Origin: Cyanophora paradoxa CCMP329
Lineage: Eukaryota > Plantae > Glaucophyta
Reading direction: 5' to 3'
Assembly: GCA_004431415.1 (NCBI GenBank)
Contig: QPMI01000217.1
Span: 61,556-125,555 of the forward strand
Length of the DNA: 64,000 nucleotides
Shown here: piece after piece, positions 46,378 to 58,278 of the stretch
Layout of the letters: every line of letters begins with the position of its first letter
Numbering within the stretch: the first letter of the stretch is position 1
Made by a program: the position numbers and the translations under genes
Notes under the pieces: generated by a model
Told to the model about the DNA's origin: nothing
The model's database searches: none
The model's input: the letters and a program-made list of their open reading frames with translations, nothing else

Positions 46378-48224
46378 GCCCGACCATCGGACTCTGCCGC
46401 CACGTGCACAATCGATATTATGCAAATGCATACGAGGCCTCGATGACGCCTCATGTATTTGTAATTGTACGTACATGTAACTTAGCTATAGTAACTTGAT
46501 TTCATTTTCATGATTATATATGTAACTTAGTACTAGATACCCCCCCGGGAGCGCGACGGGAGCGCAAAGTACGACGTGCCGGGATAGCGGCGACCACTGG
46601 GCCCCCGCCGAGACCCTGGAGCGCGTCGAAAGACCTCCCGCAGCCGCCCGTGCACCGGGGCAGATCCCCGCGCAAGCCCTCGTCGATCGGCGATCTGGCC
46701 GCCCCAGACCTTCTCGATAGCTTCCTTACACAGCCAGCGTAGCCGGCAGCCCGACCCCCAGCGAGCGTATCTCCGCCCGCGCATCCCGTCGCGCTCTCGC
46801 GGATTCGCATCATCGGGCGGGTCGCTTATCGGGCGGATCATCGTGGTCATGATCAGCGCGGGCATGCGCGGGGATCATGGCCGCGCGGGGCCGGTCGCCC
46901 TGCCCCTGGCCACGCACGCGTACGATAGCTGCTTCCGGTAGCTGCGCGCGCCCTCAACATGCACATATCCTCGCGAACCCAGGACCTGCCGCGCAAACCC
47001 TTGCCCTGCAGCTGCTGGGCCCTCGCCGACACATCCCCCGCGCGCAGGCCACCGGCCGCGGGTTGCCAAGTTGCAGCACGGGCGCGGGCGCAGCACGGGA
47101 CGTCAAGTGGCGCCTCTTCCGCTGGGAGCTGGCTGGGACCGAGCACAAGGCTCAAGAACAGGGAGCGATCCTTGCCCTGCTGCGCAAATCATTTGCCGAG
47201 TCCTAGGACCTTGCTGACACGTCGCGCGCATGCGCAGATCACTGATCCGCGGCCGCCGGGCGCGGGCGCGGGCGCGGGCGCTCGACGAGTCATCTACGCG
47301 GCCCACGTGTTCCGGTGCGGCGATCCCGCCCAGCACATCGCGGCGCTCCACCCCCCGGAGCTCGCCCCCTATTCCCCCCGGCGCCGGCGAGCCCCTAGGC
47401 CCCTCCCCCAACCACGACCTAATAACTGCGCACGCCTCTTGCCGCTTCGTTACTATGAGCGCCGCATGCATGCCGCCCGCTGTCTGAGCATGTGGAACCG
47501 TGGCGGGGACGCTCGGAACCCTCGCACAAAGTAGTGCGGGGGGAGATTCCGACGGATTTTCCGGCCCGCAGTCAGACATGGCAGCCTCCGAGGCTCCTCC
47601 ATTCACTTGCTCGCATCTGAGCTGCAAGGCCGCTGCCTGGGCCTTTCCCTCTCCCTATTGCGGGTCTGGGATCCGTTGCCGCGCATGCACGCCGCGTTAT
47701 GCATATATAGGGGCCCCAGTCCAGTACACTCCATCGATGCATCCCACTTCGCGGCCACTCCACATGTACATTCCCGAGCTCTATAGCTACCCCTCCACTC
47801 TCTAGCTAGCCTAGCCTCCTCCGTACACTGCAGCTATCTCTACCTGTAGGGCGGCGCCTCGCCGACCGCCCATGACTGTCGGCCTCCCCGGTCGCTGAGA
47901 TAGGGAAGCGCCTTGGAAATACACACGACCCCCGATGGGGGTCCCCTCCGTGAACTTAGTACTAGTAAAAAATCCGATGATCCAGCATGCCGCAGTGCGC
48001 ACTGCGTATGCATACAGTGCCATACACTAGTACTACGGTACTGTGACACATGTACACTGTACAAATCTCGATAATCCGACGATCCGCTTTCGAATTCGAA
48101 TCTTCGAGGCTCCATCTTAAAGCTTTGCATACGCTTTGTAATTGAATTTGAAGCTCGAATCGAGTTCGTTTGAAAAAGAAACGGTTCCTCGAAGCACGTT
48201 TCGTTCCTCTGGGCCTACCGTAGT

Positions 48225-48258
48225 ACGGATCCGGATCCGGATCCGGATCCGGATTCGG
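48225..48258. repeat. (CGGATC)n hexamer microsatellite (palindromic GGATCC phase)
   Basis: About 5 tandem copies visible. Confidence 0.9.
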
Positions 48259-48582
48259 GAATCCTCTTTAATTTTCCGAAATCGATCGAGACTCATATGC
48301 ATTGAGAGGCGTGGAACTTCGAATTCGGAGCCTTGATCATAACAAACGGTACGTACGGTTTCATCCTCCTAGCAGCCTGCGGGGGTACGTATACGCTGGC
48401 GCCGAGTTGGAGGTCCGAGTTGGAGGTCTCACACCGATGCTAGTATACAGTGGTTTGCAAGTTGCAACTTCGGCGCCCTAGCCTAGCCTTTGATCGCATC
48501 TGATCGCAGAAGTACTGCGGCAGCGGCGCGCGCGTCTCTAGATCTAAATTTCCTCCGGAATCCGACAACTTCTCGATCAGCC

Positions 48583-49338
48583 ATGGTGCGTACGTAAACG
48601 CGTATATATCAACCTTACGCTTTCTTCAACTGTTCTCGAGCCCGCGGCCGTCAACTAGCACGCGGATAGCGCGAGCGCTAAAGCAATAGCTAGCCCCGCG
48701 GGCCGAGTCGCTAAATTAAAGCGTCGCTATTAAGCTTGTAACCGCCGTCTTCGCGATCCGCGGCCATGGATCAAGCTCGCGCGCGCGCGCGTGCACGTTT
48801 TGCTCGGCCATCGCTAATCGCTGCGCGCCCCGCGGCCGGCCCGCAGGCCTCGCGGGACGCAGTCATCAACTTCTGCCGCAGCCAAGGCCTGCAAGGCAAC
48901 GCTTACGATCAGTGCCTGCGCACTGCGGTGAGTGCGGTCAATTCTCACGTCTAGATCTGATCTGTATACGAATTATTTGTTCCGACTCGCGATATCGATT
49001 GGCGACCAGGGTACCAAGTCCGCCGGTGTTGATATGGCGTCCGCGACGGCCTTGCCGCCGGGCTTTGGCTCGCGGTACATTCTGGACGCCTCGGAGCAGA
49101 CGGTGCCCTACTCGGCGGAGGCCTTCGACGCGTCCCTCGACGCCGACAACGTCGCCCTCGCCGTCGTGCGCCCCGGCCGCGGCCCGACCCGCGGCGCCGA
49201 GTGATACTGACGCCTGCCCGGCCCGGGCCGCGGGGGGCGCAGGAGGGGGACGAGGCTGCGCTGCCGGCGGACGAGGGCGCCGCCGCCGCCGACTTCGGCT
49301 TCGGCGCCGAGGCCGAGGGCGACGCCCGCCTCCTCTAG
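48583..49338 (+). CDS. Small spliced acidic protein of unknown function (about 110 aa)
   Basis: ATG|gtgcgt at 48583, then exons ASRDAVINFCRSQGLQGNAYDQCLRTA|GTKSAGVDMASATALPPGFGSRYILDASEQ...|EGDEAALPADEGAAAADFGFGAEAEGDARLL* with canonical splice sites. Confidence 0.5.
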
Positions 49339-49904
49339 ACCCGCTTTAGCTTCGCTTCCTGGCCGCGCGCGGGGCCGGCCGCAGGACGGCGCGAAGCTTC
49401 AGACCTGAACATGTTCGAATTTTCAATTAATCCAATTAATCTTCGGTCGACAGTTCTCCACTGCCCTTTCACCTCAAAAAGCCTCCTCTATGGATCTAGA
49501 CCCGCTTCCTGGCCGCGGGTCCCGCGCGGCTCGGACACCATAGATCTGGACCCGCTCAATCCGATCCAGCAGATTATACCTCTGAAGTTTTCTTGCGCAT
49601 GCGCGTGTGTCGCGGTACAATGCGGATGCGGGGGGCAGTTCCCGGGGACTAGGGGCTCGCGGGGACTAAGGGGGGCCAGGGCGGGGCGGGGCGGAGGGAG
49701 GGGGCGGGAAAAGCTGCCCGGGGCCTGGGGGTAGAGTGCGTGTTTCTGAGGAGGGGTTCGTGGCCCAGTGGGGGCCAGGGGCGCTACATAGACGTCGAGA
49801 TAGGGAGCGGCCAGGCGCGGCTGCAATTCGCCCGGGGCGGTGGATCTGTACACGGGGCGGGGGACACGCGGGGGGCGGCGCTGCGCCGCGGGGCGCGCGG
49901 GGGC

Positions 49905-52900
49905 CTACGGGAAGGTGAAGGCCTGCGGCGGCTCCGGCTCCTTCTCCTCGGGCCCCGCCGCCCCCGCTGCGCCCGTGTCGGCTACAGTGCACAGGGGCGG
50001 CGCGGCGGGGCGGGGCGGGGGAGCGGACCGGCGGCGGGGGCCTTGAGGTCGACGAGCTCGACGGGCTCGCCGGGCTTCAGGTCCCGCAGGAGCACGACGC
50101 CGGCCGCCCGGCCGCGCGGCACCGGCCGGTAGCGCCCGCCCTCGGGCCACGCCACGTGCTTCTCCTGCGGGGGCACCACCCGCGCCGGGTTGCTCAGCTG
50201 CTCGCTCGTCGCCTCCGGCGCCTTCTTCTCCTCCTTCTTCTCCTTCTCCTCCCCCTCCTTCTGCAGGCCCCACCCCGGCGTGAGCGGCGGGCCGCGGCGG
50301 CGCGGGGAGGGCGGGGCGGCCGCACGCGCTCGCCCTCCTCGGCGCTCGTGTCCATCGCGTCGCCCCGGTGCCGGCGGCGGCGGCGGGGGCGGCGGCGGCG
50401 GCGGCGCCGACGAGGACGCCGCCGGCGCCTTCTCCGCCTCGCGCTTCTCCTGCAGGAGCGTCATAATCAGCGGCGGGGCGGGGCGGGGCGGGGCGGGGCG
50501 GGGCGGGCGGGGCGGGCCTCCTTCTTCTTCTTGGCCTCCTCCTCCTCCTTGAGCTTGCGCTCCTCCTCCTGCTGCTGCCGCTTCAGGTCCGCCACCGTCA
50601 TCGACGACGCCGCCGCCTGCCCCGCCCCCTCCATCAGCCGCCAGGACGCGGGCGGGGGGCGGGGGCGGGGCGGGGCGGGCCTGCTTGGCGCGGGCGCGGG
50701 CGCGGGCGGTGACGGAGAGGACGGCGGTGGGGGCCTTGGCGACGGCGGCGGCCGCCGGGGGGGCGGCCGGCGGCGGGTACGCGAAGAGCGACGGCCGCGC
50801 GTTGCTCGTCACCTCGAACTTCGGCATCTGCGGGGGCGGCCGGGCGAGACGCCGGCAGCGTCAGAGCCGGGACGGAGGGCGGGGCCCGGGGCTTGGGGCC
50901 TGGGAGGCGGGGGGCGCGCCTTGAGGTCCGCGTTGAGGCCGATGAGGGCCGTCGGGGTGAAAGTGAGGCTGACCATGTGCACCAGGGGGTACCAGTACCA
51001 GAACTGCGTGAAGATCGCCATCCCCACGATCGCAGAGAGCCGCCGGTGGCCCGCCTGCGCCACGCCCCGCCCAGTCATGTGCCGGGAGGGGCGGGAGGAG
51101 GGCGGGGGCGCGGACGCGGGAGGAGAGGGCGATGGTGGCGTTGCGGCCGCCGGCGTCGATGATGCCCGAGGCGAGGATGGCCCCGAACTTGGTCATCACG
51201 TCCTCGTGCTTGTCCGCGATGACGCGCTCGAAGAGCTTGCGCGCCGCCGCCGCCCGCGGGTTGGACGACGGGCTCGCCTGCACCAGCACCATCGCCAGCG
51301 CGAGGAGCGCGCCCTGCCGCACGAAGTCGACGGGGTCGCTCGCCATCGGCTCGAGGAGCTCGACCGCCTCGGGCAGGGCCGTCCCCGCGCAGGAGATGCC
51401 GACGGCGAGCGTGGCGCCGTAGCGGACGTGCGGGTTGTACGACTCGGCGAGGAGCTGCACGATGCGCGGGCACTGCTGCGGGACGCGGAAGAGGAGGAAG
51501 CCGAGGGCCGTGACGGCCGCCCGCCGCACGTCGTCGGAGACATCGGAGACGGCGGCGTGCAGCAGCCGCCGGATCGCCGAGTTGTTCGCCGTGCCGCAGT
51601 ACGCGAGGCCGATCGTGTAGGCGCCGCCGTAGCGCAGGATGGGGTCCTTGTCGCGCGAGAGCTGCTCGATGAGGACGTCCGCCTCCTCCTCGCGGCCGTA
51701 CATGACGAGGGCGATGCCCATGGCGAGCCCGCGGATGATCTTCTCGTGCTGCGTCTCGTGCGCGTACGTCAGGAGCTCCTCCACCGCCTTGCCCGAGGCC
51801 GAGCCGAGCATGACCATGCCCATGGCGAGGCCGGCCGCCTCGCCGGCGACGGCCGAGTCGGAGAAGAGGACGCCCTTGAGCTCCTCGTAGACCTCGTCGT
51901 TGCTCGTCGTCATCGCCGCGAGGCCGAGGCCCAGGCAGGCGCCGTGCTGCACCGTCTCGTTCGTCCCCGCGTTCCGCAGCGCGTCCCGCAGGTACTGCAC
52001 GATCCCCGACCTGGGCCCCAGAGGCGCCCGCCCGCCCCGTCAGATTCGGAGCTCAAGAGTCCGGGGCGGCGCGGCGCGGGGCGGCGCACCCGTGGTTGGC
52101 GTGGATGAGCCCGAGGGCGTACAGCGCGCCGCCCTCCGAGAAGGGCGACCCGCTGCGGGGCGGGCGGTGAGCGAGGGGGGCGGTGGGAGCGAGGTGGAGG
52201 GAGGTGAGTGCCGTACCCCTGGGCGCCCGAGGGGAGGTAGGGCGCCAGGACCGACAGCGACTCCTTGACGTGGCCCTGCAGGGGTACGGGGTCAGAGGGG
52301 CGGGCGGGGGAGGACGGAGGGGTACAGGTCGGGAAGGGGGGTACTCGCCCTGTGGATGACGCCGAGGCCGGCGGTGGCGGAGAACTTGGCCCAGTTGGTG
52401 GCCCGCCCTGCGTGCCCCGCCCCGTCAAGAAAGGAAAGGAAAAGAAGGAAAGGAGAAGAAAGGAGGGGGCGGACCGAGCCAGTCGAGGTTCTCGCGGAGG
52501 AAGGCGTCGACGGTGGTGCCGGCGTGCATGAGCGCGTTGCAGAAGATCGCCGCGCTGTGGCACACCGCGTTCCGCGACTCCACGGCCGCCTGTGGGGGGA
52601 AGAAACGATCAGAAAGAGGGGCGACGGGAAGGAGAGAGGCGAGCGAAGCGGCGGGCCTTGATGTTCTTGAGGATGAGGAGGTCGGCGTGGTTGTGGCGGT
52701 ACAGGAACTCGAGGTGGAGGGCGACGCTCAGCTCGCCGCTCAGCACGCTCTTCAGCTTCGCCAGCCGCTCGAGGTACCCCGCGTCCTGCTCCTCCGCCTG
52801 CGCCCCGCGCCGGTCAGGGGAGGTGGACGGGAGAGAGGAGGGGGGCAGAAGGGCTTGCTCGCCTTGGGCTCGACGGCCATGGCGTCGCCCTCCTTCTTCT

Positions 52901-54293
52901 CCTCCGCCTCGCCCTCCTTCTTCTCCTCGGCGCCCGCCTCCTTCTTCTCCTCCTTCTTCTCGAAGTTGGGGAGGAGGCCGCGGACGCTGATGAGGAACTG
53001 CTGCAGCTCGTTGTCGCACAGGTCGAACGCCACCTGGTACGCCAGCAGCGCCTCGTCCTGCCCGGCGGCGCGGCGTCGGCGCGGCGGAGCGGGCGGAGCG
53101 GCGAGGCAGGCTGAGAGGGGGCGGCGGGGCGGGGCGGGGCGCACGCCGCCGGCCTTGACGAGGGTGTTGAGGACGTCTGCGACGGCGGCTGCGTCGTCGA
53201 GGAACATGAAGCACTGGCAGATCGCCACGTAGTCCGGCTCCGCCTGCGCCCGGTGCAGCTTCACCACGACCTCCAGCACCTGCCCCGCCCCGCCCCGCCC
53301 CGCTCAGCCGCCGGAAAGAGAGGAAGGGGGGCGCGGGGCGCGGGGCGGGCGCCTTCTGCCGGAACTCGCGGCTGGCGACGAGGTTGAGGGTCAGGTCGAA
53401 CGCGTACGAGAGGAGCGCCGGCACGTCGTTCGACGCCTTGATCGCCGCCTCCACCTTGTCCAGCCGCCTCGCCTCCAGCGCGATGCCGATCGCCTGCCGC
53501 CCCGCGTCGGCCGAGCCCCGGCACGCGGACCCCGGACCGGCCGGAAAAGTGGGCCCACCTGCTTGTACTCGCCCTCGCGGAAGCAGCGCTCGAACATGCG
53601 CTCGACGATGTTCTCCAGCCGCGCGTCGATGGGCGCGGCAGCGTCCTTGGCCGCCTCCTGCTGCTTGATCCGCAGCGCGATGTACTCGTCGATGCACTTG
53701 GCTGCGGCGCGCGGGGAGCGGCCGGGCGGCGCGGCAAACGGTCAGAGAGGGCCAGTGCAGGCAAGCAGCGCCGCAGAGGGGAGGAGCTGGACGCACCAAC
53801 GAGGGTCTGCACGTACTCATTCTTGACCGACACATCGAAGAGGTTGCCGGCGCCCAGCGCGTACGTGAGAGCATCATTGAACTCTCCCAGGTGATAGAAC
53901 ACCTGAGGGTGAGCGCGATGGTCAGGGCGAACCGGACGTACGGTCATGCGGGGCGTGGACCTTGGAGGCCACGAGGGCCGCGAGATCGCGGTGCGAAAAC
54001 CTGTCGTCCTCGTACAGCGACTCGCTGCGCGGCGGCCCATCAGCGAGGTGCGCGGATGAGGCTGAATGAGTGGGGTCAGGCGCACATCTTTGCGATGGAG
54101 TCTGCGGGCGCACAGAGGGCATACGCGCGTCAGCAAGGGCCCCAATGACTCCCAGAGAGAGCGCCGCACCGGCTATCTCATGCCAAAACGAGTCGACGAG
54201 GTCATCCAGCCGCTTCAGCGCGTGGTACTGCAGCTGGGGGTCTGTCTCGTCCAGCAGCGCCAGCACGGGCGCGGCAGACGACAGGAGGGCCAT
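49905..54293 (-). CDS. RPN2: 26S proteasome non-ATPase regulatory subunit 1 (Rpn2), multi-exon
   Basis: [16 protein letters not shown]..., [38 protein letters not shown] repeats ([33 protein letters not shown]), [17 protein letters not shown] and EPEPPQAF. Confidence 0.97.
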
Positions 54294-54457
54294 GGTCGAG
54301 CCGCTTCGCAGGCCGACCGACTTTTTTTGACTGGGGATACTGGTTTTCCGAATCGAAAACCGCGGGAGGGCGAACGCAGCAGCCCGCCAGCCTCCGCGCT
54401 AGATAGCCGGCTCCGGCACAGGCCAGCGGTCCCAGGAGGACCGGCGCAGTCGCCGCG

Positions 54458-55794
54458 ATGGTCGAGGTCTACGTCGACTACGTTAAGCGGCGGTACCTGG
54501 CGCCGCGCTTCTCCCTCGCCTACGCCTTCGATCGCCTCTCCATCGCCTTCATCATCATCATCACCTACATCATCGCCTACAGCACCCACTGTGCGCTCCG
54601 CCTCGCTCGTGGGCCCGCCTGCGGCTGACCCGCGCCCGCCAGCCTTCTGGGTCAAGGAACAGGCCTACAGGGAACAACCCATCGTCCGCTTCAAGGCGCA
54701 GTACTTCGTGACCCTCGCGGGCCAGGATAGCGCGGCCGGGAACGAGCTCTTCGAACTGTACCTCAGCGACGATGCCTACGTGACGAGCCTGCTGGCGGAC
54801 CACACGCGGGCGACGGAAATACGAGTGCGCGCGCTTAGCTACGCCGCCCGTCCGGCCCGCCGCCGACGCCCCCGGGGCGCAGGCGCAAGAGGACGACCCG
54901 AACAACGACGGGCGGGTGGACGCGATCCAGATCTACATGCGGGTGCCGCTGAGGCCGACGGAGGCCGTGCGCCAGATCAAGGGCCTCTTCTTCTTCGACT
55001 TCCAGCTCGGCGTGCGCCCCCGCCCCCGCCCCGCCCGCCCCGCCCCGCCCGCTCCGGTGCCGGCGCCGCGAGCTTCGCCGACGCGGGCGGGGCGCAGGAC
55101 TACGCGAAGCTCCGGATGGAGTCGGCGGCGTACCTCGCGGGGGACACGGCGCTGGCGCCGGCGCAGCTGCGCGTGACGGGCGAGCTGAAGCTGGAGCAGC
55201 GGGGGCCCTTCTCGCTGCGGCAGCCGCCGACCCTCTTCAACACGCCCGTGATGCCCGTGTCGAACAACACGGGCGCCGCGAACCTCCGCCTCTGGGACAT
55301 CCTCGCCAACTACACCACCCGCAACAGTCCGCCCGCCCCGCCCCGCCCGGCCTCCCGCCCGTCCCGCCCAACACGGGGGCGGCAGCGACGACGGTGCTGG
55401 AGCCGCAGTACTGGACGTGGGTCCCCCGCGCCGCCCCCGGCGACTTCGAGCTCTTCCTCACCGTCCGCGTGCCCCCCCAGACCGTCCGGTCCGCCCCTCC
55501 GCCCCCCGCCCATCCGCCCGCTCCTCCGCCCGCCTCAAAGGGGAGGGCAGGTACCAGCCGGAGGTGTGGGAGGTGCTGAAGTTCGCGTGGATACAGTACG
55601 CGGCGGTGCTGCTCTTCGTCTGGTACCTCACCTCCGTCGCCCGCGACTTCGTCTTCCGCAACCAGGCGCCGCCCCGCCCCGCCCCGCGCCCCGCCCCTTG
55701 CGCCCCGCCCGCTCTGCGCGCCTGACGCGGGCGGGTCGCGCAGCTGCTGGACACGCGGGTGGTCACCGAGGCGATCAAGCCGCACCAGTTCTAG
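54458..55794 (+). CDS. TMEM231: Transmembrane protein 231 (ciliary transition zone, MKS module)
   Basis: MVEVY..RRY, first TM helix, FWVKEQAYREQPIVRF, DPNNDGRVD, LRMES, GELKLEQR and YQPEVWEVLKFAWIQY. Confidence 0.92.
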
Positions 55795-56244
55795 GCCCGC
55801 CCGCCCGCCCGCCCGGGGCCCCGGTGCTGCCTGGAGCCAAGGCGCCGACCCTCTTTGAATCGGCGCCGACCTCTCTCCCACCCCTCCTTCAGCTCCGCCG
55901 TTCTCTCGCGATACCATCGCCCTCGCAACTGGTTCTCGCTTTACCTGCTTCCAACTCATAATCAATTTACAGCACATCACAGCTAATTCGCCAGGGGATG
56001 TGTGCACTGACACGCCTCTAGGATGCGTCGCCAGGGGGGTGGGGAGGGGGGCATAATAGGATCTGTGACAGACAGGTGGCCCTCCACGCGCCTGTGACAG
56101 TCTAGATCTCTCCAGGGCGGGGCGAGGGGCACTCTAAAGATAGCACCGCACGCGGGCGCGCGGCGCGCGATCGACGACGAAAACATCAAACGCGCCCCTG
56201 TCCTCCGCACTGCGGCCCGGTATCCGGTGCGCACGAAGGAGCTC

Positions 56245-56537
56245 GAGGCGCGTCGGCTGCCGCGCACGGCGCGGGGCGGCGGGGCGGCTCGCACGCGGCG
56301 CTCCGCCTCGACGAAGAGCTCAACGCGGCCGCGGCGTTTGAGGTTCTGCGCCCGCTGTGCGTGCCCGTGCGCGAGCACCTGCCGCAAGGGAGCTCGCCGC
56401 CGCGCCCTCGCAGCGCCGCACGAGCGGGCGGAGGACGGTCAGGCGACCGCCTCAGGCACCTTGAGCGAGTCGGCGACGCGGCCGTCGCAGGAGGCCGCGT
56501 CCGCCGCCTGCAGGTAGAAGAGCGCCGCGACGATGTG
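56245..56537 (-). pseudogene. Intron-containing fragment of the NRBF2/Atg38-like gene
   Basis: HIVAALFYLQAADAASCDGRVADSLK-intron-VLAHGHAQRAQNLKRR matches 7075-7360. Confidence 0.85.
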
Positions 56538-56568
56538 GACGGCGATGTGGAGCTCGGCGCTAGCGCTG

Positions 56569-56621
56569 CTCGGCGCTCGCCGCTCGCCGCTCGCCGCTCG
56601 GCGCTCGCCGCTCGCCGCTCG
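56569..56621. repeat. (CTCG[C/G]CG)n heptamer tandem repeat
   Basis: About 7 copies, lying between the gene fragment and the HSP90 start. Confidence 0.85.
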
Positions 56622-56681
56622 TCTCCTCCCCGGTACAGGTTTCAAGGGCAAAAAAAAGGGAAGTTTCGGGTCCTTCCGGCG

Positions 56682-58247
56682 ATGGCGTTCGTCACTGGCG
56701 TTCCTGCCGCACTCGCCGGCTCCTCCCGGCTCGCCATAGATGCGGCCTCGCGGACCCAGCCACAATCTGTCGCTCACGCGGCGCGCCGCAAGGTGACCGC
56801 GGCGTACACGTATGCCGCCTCCCAGACATTCGGGTCGCGCTTCCAGTTCGATTCCACGTCCTCTCGTCGCCCTGCACGTGGTCCGCGGCGCGCCCGTGCT
56901 CACCGGAAGCCGTTTTCACCCTCGCCAGCAGCGGCTAGCTCGGACCGGAACCCGTTTTCCATCGTCTGTGCGAAGGCTGAAACGCCCGAAAAGTTCGAAT
57001 TCCAGGCCGAAGTCAACAGGCTCATGGTGCGCCCCGATTCTTCTCGAGCCTCGCGGGCAGCCGCACGCAGCCCCAGCGCCCGCGTAGCTCCGGCGCGCGG
57101 TGCCTAACGATGCGCTCTCAGGACCTCATCATCCACTCGCTCTACTCGAACAAGGAGATCTTCCTCCGCGAATTGATCTCGAACGCTTCGGATGCGCTTG
57201 ACAAGGCGAGCCGCAGTGGGCCGCTCGTGCAGGCGTGCGCATTCGGCTGAATCTATTGCGCACAGGTCCGCTTCCTCGGCACGCAGCGCGAGGGCCTCCT
57301 TAAGGACGGCGAGGAGCTAAAGATCGGCATCCGCGCGGACAAGAACGCGAGGACGCTCACCATCTCGGACAACGGCATCGGCATGTCGAAGCAGGAGCTC
57401 ATCGATAACCTCGGGACGATCGCGCGCTCCGGTACCTCCAAGTTCATCGAGTCCATCAAGGAGTCCGCGCGGCCCGCCGCCTTCCCCGCCTGCCTCGGCT
57501 GCTCAGACGTGCGCGCGCGCAGGGGCCAGAACGACATGAGCCTCATCGGCAAGTTCGGCGTCGGGTCCGCGCTCTGCCGGCCGGCCGCCGCCCGCCGGGC
57601 GCCCGCCTGAACTCCGCCCCGCGCAGCTTCTACTCCGCGTACCTAGTCGCGGACCGGGCGACCGTCGTCACGGTGCGCCTTTGCGTGCTCCTCCCGACGG
57701 TCCGCGGCTAACGCGGACAGCGAGCAGAAGAGCGCGGACGAGACGCAGCAGTGGAAGTGGGAGAGCGCGGCGGACGGCACCTTCACCGTGGAGGAGTGCT
57801 CCTCCCCCAAGCTGGTGCGAGGGGCCCGCGGCGGCGGCCTCGAGCTCGCCCGCCGCCTGAGGGCTCGGGCGGGCGCAGGAGCGGGGCACGTCGATCGTGC
57901 TGCACATCAAGGAGGACCAGGCCGAGTTCCTGGAGGAGTCCCGCCTGCGGCAGGTCATCAAGCGCTACTCAGAGTTCATCAACTTCCCCATCTACCTCTG
58001 GACCTCCTCCGAGGCCACCAAGACCGGCGAGGGTCCGGAGGCCGCCCCGCGCCGCTCCCCGGCCCGCCCCCCGCTCACCGGCCCCCGCAGACGGGAAGGA
58101 GGAGAAGGAGACGGTGCACGAGTGGGAGCTGCTGAACCAGAACAAGCCCCTCTGGATGCGCTCGCCGAAGGAGGTCACGGTGCGCGGGCCGCCTCCCTTC
58201 CGGGGCGGGGTCTGCGGGGCGGGGGCCGACGGACGGCCGCGGGGCGC

Positions 58248-58278
<31 letters not shown>

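Noticed and set aside
46533-47805. Short ORFs as transposase or recombinase remnants (also 43993-44823 and 25375-25729)
   Set aside because: No catalytic motif could be identified. A translated search would be needed.
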